Under the pieces are notes generated by a model, which did no database searches, had not been told where the DNA came from, and saw only the letters and a list, made by a program, of their open reading frames with translations. 64,000 nucleotides of DNA from an uncultured Microthrixaceae bacterium (GTDB lineage: Bacteria > Actinomycetota > Acidimicrobiia > Acidimicrobiales > DATDAH01): positions 4,698 through 68,697 of the forward strand of contig CAZYPY010000007.1 in NCBI GenBank assembly GCA_964649545.1. Direction: 5' to 3'. Each line of letters starts with the position of its first letter. Position 1 is the first letter of the stretch. The translations under genes and the position numbers were made by a program. Below are positions 38,004 to 46,755 of this stretch, in pieces.

Positions 38004-38636
38004 ATGGCGACGGCCACCGACGTCCCGCTGACGCGAGGGCACAAGAAGAAGGCGCGGACACGCCAGGCGCTGCTCGAGGCGGCACTCGAGGTGCTCGCCG
38101 AGGACGGCGAGGGCTTCAGCGTCGTGGACATCGCCGCCCGTGCCGGCGTGTCCCACGGCACCTTCTACAACTACTTCGCGGACCGCGACGAGCTGGTCGC
38201 CGCGCTCGTCCCCGTGCTGGTCCAGTCGTTCGCCGCCGAGGCCGCGGCCGAGATCGACGAGCCCGACCCGGCGGCGCGCTTCGCCCTGATCACCGCCCGT
38301 GCCCTCGCCGTCGCCGCCGACGCACCCGAGCTCGTGCGGGTGGCGCTGCGGCTCGAGGCGGTGCAGCGGGGCTTGCTGGCCGAGGGCCCGCTGGCCTACC
38401 TGCGAGAGGACCTCGCGGCGGGTCACGCCGCCGGTCGCTTCGACGGCCCACCGGACGACGGCACCCTCGACGTCGTGCTCGGCGCCCTCCTGCTCGCCGC
38501 CCGGCGGATCGTCGACGGCGAGGCCGGCCTCGACCGACGCCGGACGGTGATCCGCCGCCTGCTCGTCGCCCTCGGGGTGTCGCGAGCGGAGGCCGAGGCG
38601 CTCGCCGAACGTGCGGTGGTCCGCTCGACGGTGTAG
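38004..38636 (+). CDS. TetR/AcrR-family regulator
   Basis: RTRQALLEAALEVL and IAARAGVSHGTFYNYF. Confidence 0.92.
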   Translation: MATATDVPLTRGHKKKARTRQALLEAALEVLAEDGEGFSVVDIAARAGVSHGTFYNYFADRDELVAALVPVLVQSFAAEAAAEIDEPDPAARFALITARALAVAADAPELVRVALRLEAVQRGLLAEGPLAYLREDLAAGHAAGRFDGPPDDGTLDVVLGALLLAARRIVDGEAGLDRRRTVIRRLLVALGVSRAEAEALAERAVVRSTV

Positions 38637-38691
38637 TTGTCTGGTCACGGCCTGCCGACGAGCGGTGCCGCCGGACGAGGAGACCACCCGA

Positions 38692-39636
38692 ATGACCGTT
38701 CCCGTGAACGTCGACAACTTCGTCGTTGCCGAGACCGCCCGCATGTTCGACCAGTTCGTGGCCGCGAGCGGCGGGATGAACCGGTGGACCCACTTCCGGG
38801 CGCCGACGCCGGTCGAGACCCAGCCCGTCATCCGGATGAACCGCGACACGCTGTACAGCATCGCCGTGGTGGACCTCGCCGACGGGGCCACGGTGCGCCT
38901 GCCCGAGGTCGGTGACCGCTACCTGTCCGCCATGGTGGTGAACGAGCACCACCACATCAACGGCGTGCTCCACGGCGCCGGCGACCACGAGCTCCGGATG
39001 GCCGACCACGGCAGCCGGTTCGTCGCCGTGGCCACGCGGGTCTTCCTCGACCCGGAGGATCCAGCCGACGTGGCCGCGGTCAACGCCATCCAGGATCAGC
39101 TCGCCATCGAGGCGGGCTCGTCCGGGCCGTACGAGCACCCGGACTACGACGGCGACAGCCTCGACACGACCCGCACCGCCGTGCTCGCCCTCGCGAAGGG
39201 CGTGCACGACGCGGCTCGGATGTTCGGGCCCGCCGACGTCGTCGATCCGATTCGCCACCTCCTCGGCACCGCCGCCGGCTGGGGTGGTCTGCCCGAGACC
39301 GAGGCCTTCTACGCCATCGACAGCGAGGCCCGTCCGGTCGGGGCCTACACCCTGACCTTCGAGGACGTCCCCGTGGACGCCTTCTGGTCGGTCAGCCTCT
39401 ACAACCGCGAGGGCTACTTCGAGCCCAACCCGTACGACTCGTTCAGCGCCAACTCGGTGACCTCGACCCCCGAGGCCGACGGCTCGGTCGTGCTGCACCT
39501 GGCCCCCGAGCCCGGCGACGCGCCCAACCACCTCTACGTCATGGACGGGTGGAACTACACGGTGCGCCTCTACCGACCCCGCCCCGCGATCCTCGACGGC
39601 ACCTGGACCCCGCCCACTCCCCGGCCCGTGGGCTGA
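38692..39636 (+). CDS. DUF1254/DUF1214 family protein
   Basis: RMNRDTLYS, RYLSAMVVN, PVDAFWSVSLYN and WNYTVRLYRP. Confidence 0.85.
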   Translation: MTVPVNVDNFVVAETARMFDQFVAASGGMNRWTHFRAPTPVETQPVIRMNRDTLYSIAVVDLADGATVRLPEVGDRYLSAMVVNEHHHINGVLHGAGDHELRMADHGSRFVAVATRVFLDPEDPADVAAVNAIQDQLAIEAGSSGPYEHPDYDGDSLDTTRTAVLALAKGVHDAARMFGPADVVDPIRHLLGTAAGWGGLPETEAFYAIDSEARPVGAYTLTFEDVPVDAFWSVSLYNREGYFEPNPYDSFSANSVTSTPEADGSVVLHLAPEPGDAPNHLYVMDGWNYTVRLYRPRPAILDGTWTPPTPRPVG

Positions 39637-39650
39637 AGGACCGCCGCCGT

Positions 39651-40106
39651 TCAGGCCCGGCCGCGCACCCGGACGATGGTGATGGTGCCGGCGACGCCGA
39701 GGAGCACGACGGCGAGGCGCACGAGCGGGCGGTCGACGGCGAGGGCGCTCACGACGATGGCGGTCCACATCATCGCGATGGCGATCACCTTGGCCCGGCG
39801 GGGCATGCCGAGGCCGGCCCGGTAGTCCCGAACGAGCGGGCCGACGCCGCGCAGGTGGAGCACCCACGCCTCGAGCCGGGGCGACGACTTCGAGAACGCC
39901 GCGGCGGCGCCGATGAAGAACACCGTCGAGGGCAGGCCGGGCAGGACGATCCCGAGGCCGCCGAGCCCGACGCACAGCAGCCCGACGGGGATCCACACCA
40001 GCCGTCGCCGGCGCAGGGCGCCCGGACGAGCGGCGACCGTCTTGTCGGCGAGCGCGCCCGCCGCTGCGGGCGGCGCCACCTCGTCGGTCGTGGGGTCGAG
40101 CACCAT
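39651..40106 (-). CDS. YbaN/DUF454 family membrane protein
   Basis: GLGGLGIVLPGLPSTVFFI and FSKSSPRLEAW. Confidence 0.88.
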   Translation of the reverse strand: MVLDPTTDEVAPPAAAGALADKTVAARPGALRRRRLVWIPVGLLCVGLGGLGIVLPGLPSTVFFIGAAAAFSKSSPRLEAWVLHLRGVGPLVRDYRAGLGMPRRAKVIAIAMMWTAIVVSALAVDRPLVRLAVVLLGVAGTITIVRVRGRA

Positions 40107-40205
40107 GGATCGCGAACCTCGCCCCGAGCCTAACCCCGGGGCTCGCCACCCGAACCGGCGTGCCGTCGAGGGATATCCTGCGCCGACGTCGAGCGGAGGG
40201 GCGCG

Positions 40206-41462
40206 GTGGGGTTCTTCAAGCGGACCGTCGAGCAGGTGCGAGGCGAGCGGCCGCCGTTCGGCACGGCGGCGTTCGACCCGGCGGACGTCGACGACGCCCG
40301 GCGGGGCCGTCCCGACCGCTCACTCGAGGGCTTCGCCGCGGCGACCGGGCTCGCCTTCAAGGGCACCGAGCAGGCCGGGCAGTTCGTGTCCACGTTGCCG
40401 ACGTGGCCCGACTACGTCTTCAACGTCTGCCGTGGCACCCTCCCGGGGGGCCGTTACGGCATGGTCGACCACGAGCTCTACGAGGTGCGGGCCCACAACG
40501 GCTCGGTGGCCGCAGCCGGGCGGTTCCACGACCTCCACGTCCCGCCCCGTGTCGGGACCTTGGAGGTGGGCGGCATCGAGCAGGGCTCGAAGAACGAGCC
40601 GTTCTGGGGCAACGCCGCGTGGTTGCCGACCACGAGCGTCCACGTGCGCGCACCCGAGACCAACCGGGTCCCCGTGCTGCGCTTCGTGCGCTCGAGCTCG
40701 CACGGCCTCGAGGGGGACAACGGCCTCGACGGGTACGGCGCCCCGGGGTACCGCACCCTCGGCCCCGACCTCCCACCCGAGACCCTTGCGCCGCTGGCCA
40801 CGGCCGCCGCGCCGTGGTTGGCCGGCCGCGTCGACGCGCACACCGAGGTGCGGGTGCGCTTCGGGATCGTGGCGGTGACCGTGAACGGCTACCGGGTCGA
40901 CGAAGCCGACCTCCGCCACCTCGTGCTGACCGGTGAGAGCATCGCCGATGCCCTGGCCGCGCTGACCCCGCCGGCGCTCCCGACCTCGATCGACGCGCCT
41001 GGTCCGCCGGTGGGCGCCGGTTCGGGGGCCGGGCCCGGCTTCCCCGAGCCGCACCCCACCCTGGTGCCCCTGTACGCGGCACAGGCGTCGCACTGGGGCC
41101 TGCACCAGGAGGACCCCGGCCACGTGCTCGCGCTGTTGCCGCGCTGCCCGATCCCCGGCCGGCCCTCGGGCGTGCTCTTCGGCGTGCCCCCGGGGTGCAC
41201 GGCACCTGCCCGGGTGGTGTGGTTCGAGCAGGGTGGCCGCACCGCGAGCAGCGCCCGCGGCGGCCTCATCGCGCCGGCGCCGCGGGGCGCGAGCACCCCC
41301 CTCGGCGGGGTGCTCCACGCGGAGACGGGCGTCTACACCGAGGTGGTCGACGGCGTCGCCCACGCCTGGCGCAAGCAGCGCTCGTTCGGCGAGCTCGAGG
41401 CGGGCCTCCTGCTGGAGAGCGCCGTAGCGACGCTGCACAGCACGGGTCTCGCCGCCATCTGA
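40206..41462 (+). CDS. Hypothetical protein (418 aa), no recognised domain
   Basis: Long ORF with GC3-biased codons and normal amino-acid composition; fills the gap between neighbouring genes. Confidence 0.7.
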   Translation: MGFFKRTVEQVRGERPPFGTAAFDPADVDDARRGRPDRSLEGFAAATGLAFKGTEQAGQFVSTLPTWPDYVFNVCRGTLPGGRYGMVDHELYEVRAHNGSVAAAGRFHDLHVPPRVGTLEVGGIEQGSKNEPFWGNAAWLPTTSVHVRAPETNRVPVLRFVRSSSHGLEGDNGLDGYGAPGYRTLGPDLPPETLAPLATAAAPWLAGRVDAHTEVRVRFGIVAVTVNGYRVDEADLRHLVLTGESIADALAALTPPALPTSIDAPGPPVGAGSGAGPGFPEPHPTLVPLYAAQASHWGLHQEDPGHVLALLPRCPIPGRPSGVLFGVPPGCTAPARVVWFEQGGRTASSARGGLIAPAPRGASTPLGGVLHAETGVYTEVVDGVAHAWRKQRSFGELEAGLLLESAVATLHSTGLAAI

Positions 41463-41507
41463 GTCGGGCCGACCGATCGCGGCGGCCCCGCCCTACGCTC
41501 GGGGTTG

Positions 41508-41630
41508 ATGCCGCACGACCCGCGACGCGCCGACGAGGGACCGACGCACCCCACCGGACGGGCCGTCCTGCTGATGGTCGCCGTGGTGGTGCTGATCGTC
41601 GTGCTGGCGGCCGCGCCCCTGCTCCGCTGA
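41508..41630 (+). CDS. Putative 40-aa single-pass membrane protein (not in the ORF track)
   Basis: MPHDPRRADEGPTHPTGRAVLLMVAVVVLIVVLAAAPLLR; TACGCT -10-like element at 41494-41499. Confidence 0.55.
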   Translation: MPHDPRRADEGPTHPTGRAVLLMVAVVVLIVVLAAAPLLR

Positions 41631-41777
41631 GCCGACCCGTCGGTCAGGGGGCTCGGCGGGCCGCCGGCGTCACCGTGACGCAGGTTCCCGCGCCCCCAGG
41701 GTGGCTCGAGCGCGAGCCTCGCGAGCGGTTCCGGTCTTGCAGACCCGGCGCGGCGCCGCCCGCGGTCGTGGCGCCCT

Positions 41778-42590
41778 CTAGGCCACCACCGCGCCGCCGT
41801 CGAGGGCGATGACCTCGCCCACCACGTAGGCGCCGGCGCGCGACGAGAGGAAGATCGCGAGGCCGGCGACGTCCTCGGGGGTGCCGACACGGCCGCGGGG
41901 GACCGTCCGTCCGACCGCCTCCCAGTCGGTGCCCTCCACGTCACCGCCGGTGCCGACGCCGGTGCTGAGCATCCAGGTCGGGAAGGGGCCGGGGGCGATG
42001 GCGTTGGCGATGATGTTGCGCTTGGTGAGGCGGTTGCCCATCTGGCGGGTGAGCGCGTGCAGCGCGGCCTTGGAGGCGCCGTAGGACCAGGTGTCGAAGG
42101 TCGGGGTGCGGATGCCGTCGATCGACCCGATGTTGATGATGCGGGCCGGGTCCTCGGCGGTGCCGGCAGCCTCGAGCTTCGGCAGGAGGCGCTGGGTGAG
42201 GAAGAAGACGCCCTTGACGTTGGTGTCCATCACCTTGTCCCAGCCCACCTCGGGGAACTCCTCGATCGAGGCCCCCCAGGAGGCGCCGGCGTTGTTGACC
42301 AGCACGTGGAGGCGGTCGACGTCGGCCAGCGCCTCGACGAGGGCGTCGATGCCCTCGAGCTTCGACAGGTCGGCGGGGATCGACACGCAGGTGCCGCCGT
42401 AGGCCTCGGCGAGGCGGGCCGCGGTGGCGTCGCAGGCCTCGGCCTTGCGGGAGCTGATGTAGACGGTCGCCCCGTTGGCGAGGAACCCGGCCGCGATCAT
42501 CTCGCCGATCCCCCGGGAGCCTCCGGTGACGAGCACGGTCTTGCCGGCGACGGAGAAGAGGTTGGCGGCGGACAGCGACGGATCGGGCAT
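41778..42590 (-). CDS. Classical SDR oxidoreductase (RhlG/DHRS4-like)
   Basis: TGGSRGIG, VNNAG, NIGS and YGASK. Confidence 0.92.
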   Translation of the reverse strand: MPDPSLSAANLFSVAGKTVLVTGGSRGIGEMIAAGFLANGATVYISSRKAEACDATAARLAEAYGGTCVSIPADLSKLEGIDALVEALADVDRLHVLVNNAGASWGASIEEFPEVGWDKVMDTNVKGVFFLTQRLLPKLEAAGTAEDPARIINIGSIDGIRTPTFDTWSYGASKAALHALTRQMGNRLTKRNIIANAIAPGPFPTWMLSTGVGTGGDVEGTDWEAVGRTVPRGRVGTPEDVAGLAIFLSSRAGAYVVGEVIALDGGAVVA

Positions 42591-42766
42591 GGGGGGTCCT
42601 CCGGGACGTGGTCGGGCGCCCCGGACCGTACCCGGCGCCGGCGCCGGCCGGGGCGCCGGCGTGGGGCGGGTGGCTCACGTCACCCGTTCCGGTTCGTGGC
42701 GCTCACGGGCCGCTCGTCGTGCGTTCGGGCCACCCAGGCCTGGGTCCCCGCCTTCGTGCCTCGGGC

Positions 42767-43945
42767 TCAGGCGCCGCCGAGCAGCAGCGCGGAGGTGGGG
42801 ACGCCGGTGCCGCCCGTGACGAGCACGTGCTCGACGTCGTCGACCTGGTTGTACGAGGTGCCCCGCACCTGGCGCACGCCCTCGGCGATGCCGTTCATGC
42901 CGTGGAGGTAGCCCTCGCCGAGTTGGCCGCCGTGGGTGTTGACGGGCAGGCGGCCGCCGAGCTCGATGTTGCCGTCGGCGATGAAGTCCTTGGCCTCGCC
43001 GTGGCCGCAGAAGCCGAACTCCTCGAGCTGGGGCAGCACGAACGGGGTGAAGTGGTCGTAGACGACCGCGGTCTGCACGTCGTCGGGACCGAGGCCCGAC
43101 GTCTCCCAGATCTGGCGGGCGCAGAGGCCCATCTCGGGCAGGCCGGTGATGTCGTCGCGGAAGAACGAGCGCATCATCTGCTGGTCGTCGGACATGCCCT
43201 GGGCCGCGCCCTCGATCACGACCGGGGGCTGGCGCAGGTCGCGGGCCCGCTCGAGCGAGGTGACGAGGATGGCCTGGCCGCCGTCGGTCTCCTGGCAGCA
43301 GTCGAGCAGGTGCAGGGGCTCGACGATCCAGCGGCTGTTCTGGTGGTCCTCGAGGGTGATGGGCTGCTCGTAGAACCACGCCGCCGGGTTGGTGGCGGCG
43401 TGGCGGCGGTCGGCCACGGCGACCCGGCCGAAGTCCTCCGAGGTGACGCCGTGCTCGTGCATGATCCGCGTGGCGAACATGGCGATCCACGACGCCGGCG
43501 TGAGGAGGCCGAACGGCGAGGTCCAGGCGTAGGACGCCTCCTCGGCGGTGTGGCCGGGGGCGCGGTCCTGCACGCCGGTGCCGAAGCGGTGGCCGCTGCG
43601 CTCGTTGAAGGCCCGGTAGCAGAGCACGTAGTCGGCCACGCCCTCGTTGACGGCCATGGCTGCCAGCTGGACGGTGCCGCACGGGGCGCCGCCGCCGAAG
43701 TGGACCCGGCTGAAGTGGGTGAGCTCCTTGATCCCGAGGCTGCGCAAGATGTCGGTCTCGGGGTTGGTCTCCATGGTGAAGGTGGACAGGCCGCTCACCT
43801 GGCCCGGCTCCACGCCGGCGTCCTCGAGGGCGGCGACGCACGCCTCGAGCGCGAGGCGCAGCTCGCTGCGGCCGGAGCGCTTGGAGAACTCGGTGGCGCC
43901 GATCCCGGCGATGGCGGTCTTGCCGGCGTAGGCGTGGGTGGTCAT
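42767..43945 (-). CDS. ltp2: Lipid-transfer protein / Ltp2-like thiolase-fold aldolase
   Basis: AIAGIGATEFSKRSGRSEL, DCCQETDG, VYDHF, NTHGGQLGEGYLHG and VRQVRG. Confidence 0.88.
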   Translation of the reverse strand: MTTHAYAGKTAIAGIGATEFSKRSGRSELRLALEACVAALEDAGVEPGQVSGLSTFTMETNPETDILRSLGIKELTHFSRVHFGGGAPCGTVQLAAMAVNEGVADYVLCYRAFNERSGHRFGTGVQDRAPGHTAEEASYAWTSPFGLLTPASWIAMFATRIMHEHGVTSEDFGRVAVADRRHAATNPAAWFYEQPITLEDHQNSRWIVEPLHLLDCCQETDGGQAILVTSLERARDLRQPPVVIEGAAQGMSDDQQMMRSFFRDDITGLPEMGLCARQIWETSGLGPDDVQTAVVYDHFTPFVLPQLEEFGFCGHGEAKDFIADGNIELGGRLPVNTHGGQLGEGYLHGMNGIAEGVRQVRGTSYNQVDDVEHVLVTGGTGVPTSALLLGGA

Positions 43946-45402
43946 CGGGCCACCTCCCCGGTCGGCGCCGACGCGGTCGGCAGGGTCAGCTCCACGGTGC
44001 CGGTGGCGTGGGCGCCGAGGCTGTTCGTGCCCTGGAGGGCGACGACGACCTCGCCCGTGGTGGGGTCGGCCGACTGCACCGCGCCCGAGAAGGTCAGGGT
44101 GTCGCCCGGGTGGTTGGGGGCGCCGAGGCGGACCCGCAGCGCCCGCACCCGCGCCTCCGGGCCGGCCCAGTCGGTGACGTAACGCTCGGTCAGGCCGAGC
44201 GTGGTGTTGATGTTCATGAAGACGTCCTTCGAGCCGGCCCGCACGGCCACGTCGCGGTCGTGGTGGACCTCGGTGAAGTCCCGGGTGGCGAGGGCGCCGG
44301 CCACGATCAGGGTGGTGGTCACCGGGACGGCGAACAGGGGAAGGTGGTCGCCCTCGGTCACGTCGGCGGCGGCGAGGGTGGTCTCGCGGCGGGCCGGGGT
44401 GGCGGGGCGGAACTGGGGCAGGGTGATCGAGCCGCGGGCGTCGGTCTCGCCCTCGACCTGGGCGGCGTGGCTGTCGAGCCAGCACACCTCGAGGGGCATG
44501 CCCACCTCGAGCTGGTCCCGGGTCACGCCGACCACGTTGGACACCAGGCGGGCGCCCTCCTCGAGCTCGACGAGCCCGACGAGCACCGGGTACCGGAAGC
44601 CCCGCACCTGGGGGTACCGGGGCACGGCGTACGAGTAGAGGTGGCCGCGGCCGGACGCCACGATCCAGCCCTGGTCGAAGCTGCCGCAGTCGGGGCAGCG
44701 CGGCGTCGGCGGGTTGTGCAGGGCCTGGCAGCCTCGGCACTGCTGGATGCGCAGCTCGTGGCGGCGGGCGCCCTCCCAGAAGAACTCGTTGTCGAGGTTG
44801 ATGGCGGGGCGGGGTCGCAGCGCCGGGTCGGGGTCGGGCGGCGGCGGCGCGCCCTCGGCCGGGGCCGGCGCGGCCTTGCCGGTGCCCGGCTTGAACTTGA
44901 GCACCCGGAAGAGCAGGTCGCCGACGTGCTCGCCGTCGGCGGTCGAGTAGCGGTGGCGGGTGGTGACGAAGTGGCCGACGCCGAGGCCGGTGGCCTTCTC
45001 CTCGGACACCGCGTCGAGCACCTCGACGTTGGACAGGACCTCGCCGGGGCGGACGTAGCGCCGCAGCTCCAGCTCGGAGTTGACCGCCACGACCGACGTG
45101 AAGCCCGCGGCCTCGAGCAGGGCGAGGGCCCGGCCCCGGGGGCTGTGGGCGCTGCGGACGTGCTTCAGGCCACCCCGGTCCCAGATGTCGAGGGTCGCCG
45201 GCGGCGCCACGATGCCGCCGTGGACCGAGGCCGCGGCGGCGGCCGGGTCGACGTAGACCGGGTTGTCGTCGCCCATGGCGTCGCACCAGTGGGCGATCGA
45301 TGCCTCGTCCACCGGGTGGCGGGGCGTCGTGGGCGGGCCCACGGTGCCGACCAGCGCCTGGAGGGCGGCCAGCAGGTCGTCGGGCTCGGTCGTCGCAGTC
45401 AC
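43942..45402 (-). CDS. Fused MaoC-N + DUF35 (zinc ribbon/OB) + MaoC hydratase (ChsH2-ChsH1-like fusion)
   Basis: WCDAMGDDNPVY (ChsH2-like), CRGC...CPDC and GLVELEEGARLVSN (DUF35), ALATRDFTEVHHD...TDWAGP (ChsH1-like, D-x4-H); one continuous 486-aa frame. Confidence 0.85.
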   Translation of the reverse strand: MTATTEPDDLLAALQALVGTVGPPTTPRHPVDEASIAHWCDAMGDDNPVYVDPAAAAASVHGGIVAPPATLDIWDRGGLKHVRSAHSPRGRALALLEAAGFTSVVAVNSELELRRYVRPGEVLSNVEVLDAVSEEKATGLGVGHFVTTRHRYSTADGEHVGDLLFRVLKFKPGTGKAAPAPAEGAPPPPDPDPALRPRPAINLDNEFFWEGARRHELRIQQCRGCQALHNPPTPRCPDCGSFDQGWIVASGRGHLYSYAVPRYPQVRGFRYPVLVGLVELEEGARLVSNVVGVTRDQLEVGMPLEVCWLDSHAAQVEGETDARGSITLPQFRPATPARRETTLAAADVTEGDHLPLFAVPVTTTLIVAGALATRDFTEVHHDRDVAVRAGSKDVFMNINTTLGLTERYVTDWAGPEARVRALRVRLGAPNHPGDTLTFSGAVQSADPTTGEVVVALQGTNSLGAHATGTVELTLPTASAPTGEVAR

Positions 45403-45509
45403 GGGGCTCCTCGTGAGGGCGGGGCGGGCGGGTCCCCGATCATTCCACGCCGTCGCGGTGGTGGATGCGGTCCGGGGCGCGGTCGGTCCGGATCGCTAGC
45501 GTGGCCGCG

Positions 45510-46493
45510 ATGGCCCGCGACGCCGGGGGCGAATCGAGGGCGGGGGTTCCCCTCACGAACCTCGACCGACCGCTGTTCGACGGTGCCGGCGCCACCAAGC
45601 GCGACCTCGTCGACTACCTCGACGGCGTGCGGGGCCGCCTGCTGCCCGAGCTGGCCGAGCGGCCGCTCTCGGTGGTCCGGGTGCACCGGGGCCAGGACGC
45701 GTTCATGCAGAAGAACGTCCCCAAGGGCACGCCCGACTGGGTTCGCACCGTGGCCCTCTGGGCGGAGACCTCCAAGCGTGAGGTCCACTACGCGATCTGC
45801 GACGACCGGCGCACCCTCGTGTGGCTCGCCAACCAGCGGGCGGTCGAGCTGCACCCGTCGCTGGCCCGCCTGCCGGACCTCGACCGGCCGACCCACCTCG
45901 TGATCGACCTCGACCCGCCGGAAGGCGACGGGTTCCGGGCCGCGGTGGCCGTGGTGCACCTCGTCCGCCAGGTGCTCGCCGACGCCGGTCTCGCCGGCGC
46001 GGTGAAGACGAGCGGCGCCAAGGGCCTGCACGTGTTCGTCCCCGTCGAGCCATCGGTCGACGCGAGGGCGGCCGCCCAGGCCACCCGCGCCCTCGCCGCC
46101 CGGGTCGAGCGCCTCGACCCGTCGATCGCCACCACCGCCTTCGTGAAGGACGAGCGCGAGGGCAAGGTCTTCGTGGACTCGACCCGCGGCGCCGGCTCGA
46201 CGGTCGTGGCGGCCTACAGCCCCCGGCTTCGGCCCGGTGTGCCGGTGTCGTTCCCAGTGACGTGGGACGACGTCGACGACGTGGCACCGGGCGACGTCAC
46301 CATCCACAACGCGCTCGACCTGCTGGGCGACCGGGACCCTTGGGCCGAGGCCATGCCTGCGCCCCAGTCCCTGCCCGACGACCTGGTGGCCGAGGGCGGC
46401 GAGATCCAGGTGCCGAGGGTGGCGGCGATGCACGAGGGCCGGCGCCGCGCCCGCGCGGCGAAGGCCGCGAAGGCGAACCCGACGGAGTCCTGA
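45510..46493 (+). CDS. Stand-alone LigD-type primase-polymerase domain protein
   Basis: LTNLDRPLF, FMQKNVP, IDLDPP, KTSGAKGLHVFVP and AAYSPR; no ligase or phosphoesterase domain. Confidence 0.88.
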   Translation: MARDAGGESRAGVPLTNLDRPLFDGAGATKRDLVDYLDGVRGRLLPELAERPLSVVRVHRGQDAFMQKNVPKGTPDWVRTVALWAETSKREVHYAICDDRRTLVWLANQRAVELHPSLARLPDLDRPTHLVIDLDPPEGDGFRAAVAVVHLVRQVLADAGLAGAVKTSGAKGLHVFVPVEPSVDARAAAQATRALAARVERLDPSIATTAFVKDEREGKVFVDSTRGAGSTVVAAYSPRLRPGVPVSFPVTWDDVDDVAPGDVTIHNALDLLGDRDPWAEAMPAPQSLPDDLVAEGGEIQVPRVAAMHEGRRRARAAKAAKANPTES

Positions 46494-46600
46494 CGGGCCG
46501 GACGCGCTGGGCCGGTCCCGGTCGGGCGGTCGCGTCGCGCCAAGGCGGGGGCGCCGAGCGGTGCGACGACGGCCCACCGCCCGCGTGCCTCCCCGCTCCG

Positions 46601-46754
46601 GGCTGAACCGAGCGCATCGCGCCGGACCCCGTGCGGTTCAGTGCGCCGGGTTGAGCCGAGCGCAGCCCATCCGGTTCGAGGCGCCAGGCTGAACCGAGCG
46701 CATCGCGCCGGACCCGGTGCGGTTCAGTGCGCCGGGTTGAGCCGAGCGCAGCCC
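46601..46754. repeat. REP/BIME-like intergenic repeat: two 68-bp copies (67/68 identical, period 86 bp)
   Basis: Copies at 46601-46668 and 46687-46754. The 16-mer GG(C/T)TGA(A/G)CCGAGCGCA occurs four times; internal inverted repeat CTGAACCG...CGGTTCAG. Confidence 0.92.
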
Positions 46755-46755
46755 G

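Noticed and set aside
45465-46493. Full NHEJ ligase LigD
   Set aside because: No ligase (KxDG) or phosphoesterase domain, and no Ku in the window.
46601-46754. Possible mini-CRISPR array
   Set aside because: The intervening segments are themselves repeated rather than unique spacers, spacing is irregular, and no cas genes are present.
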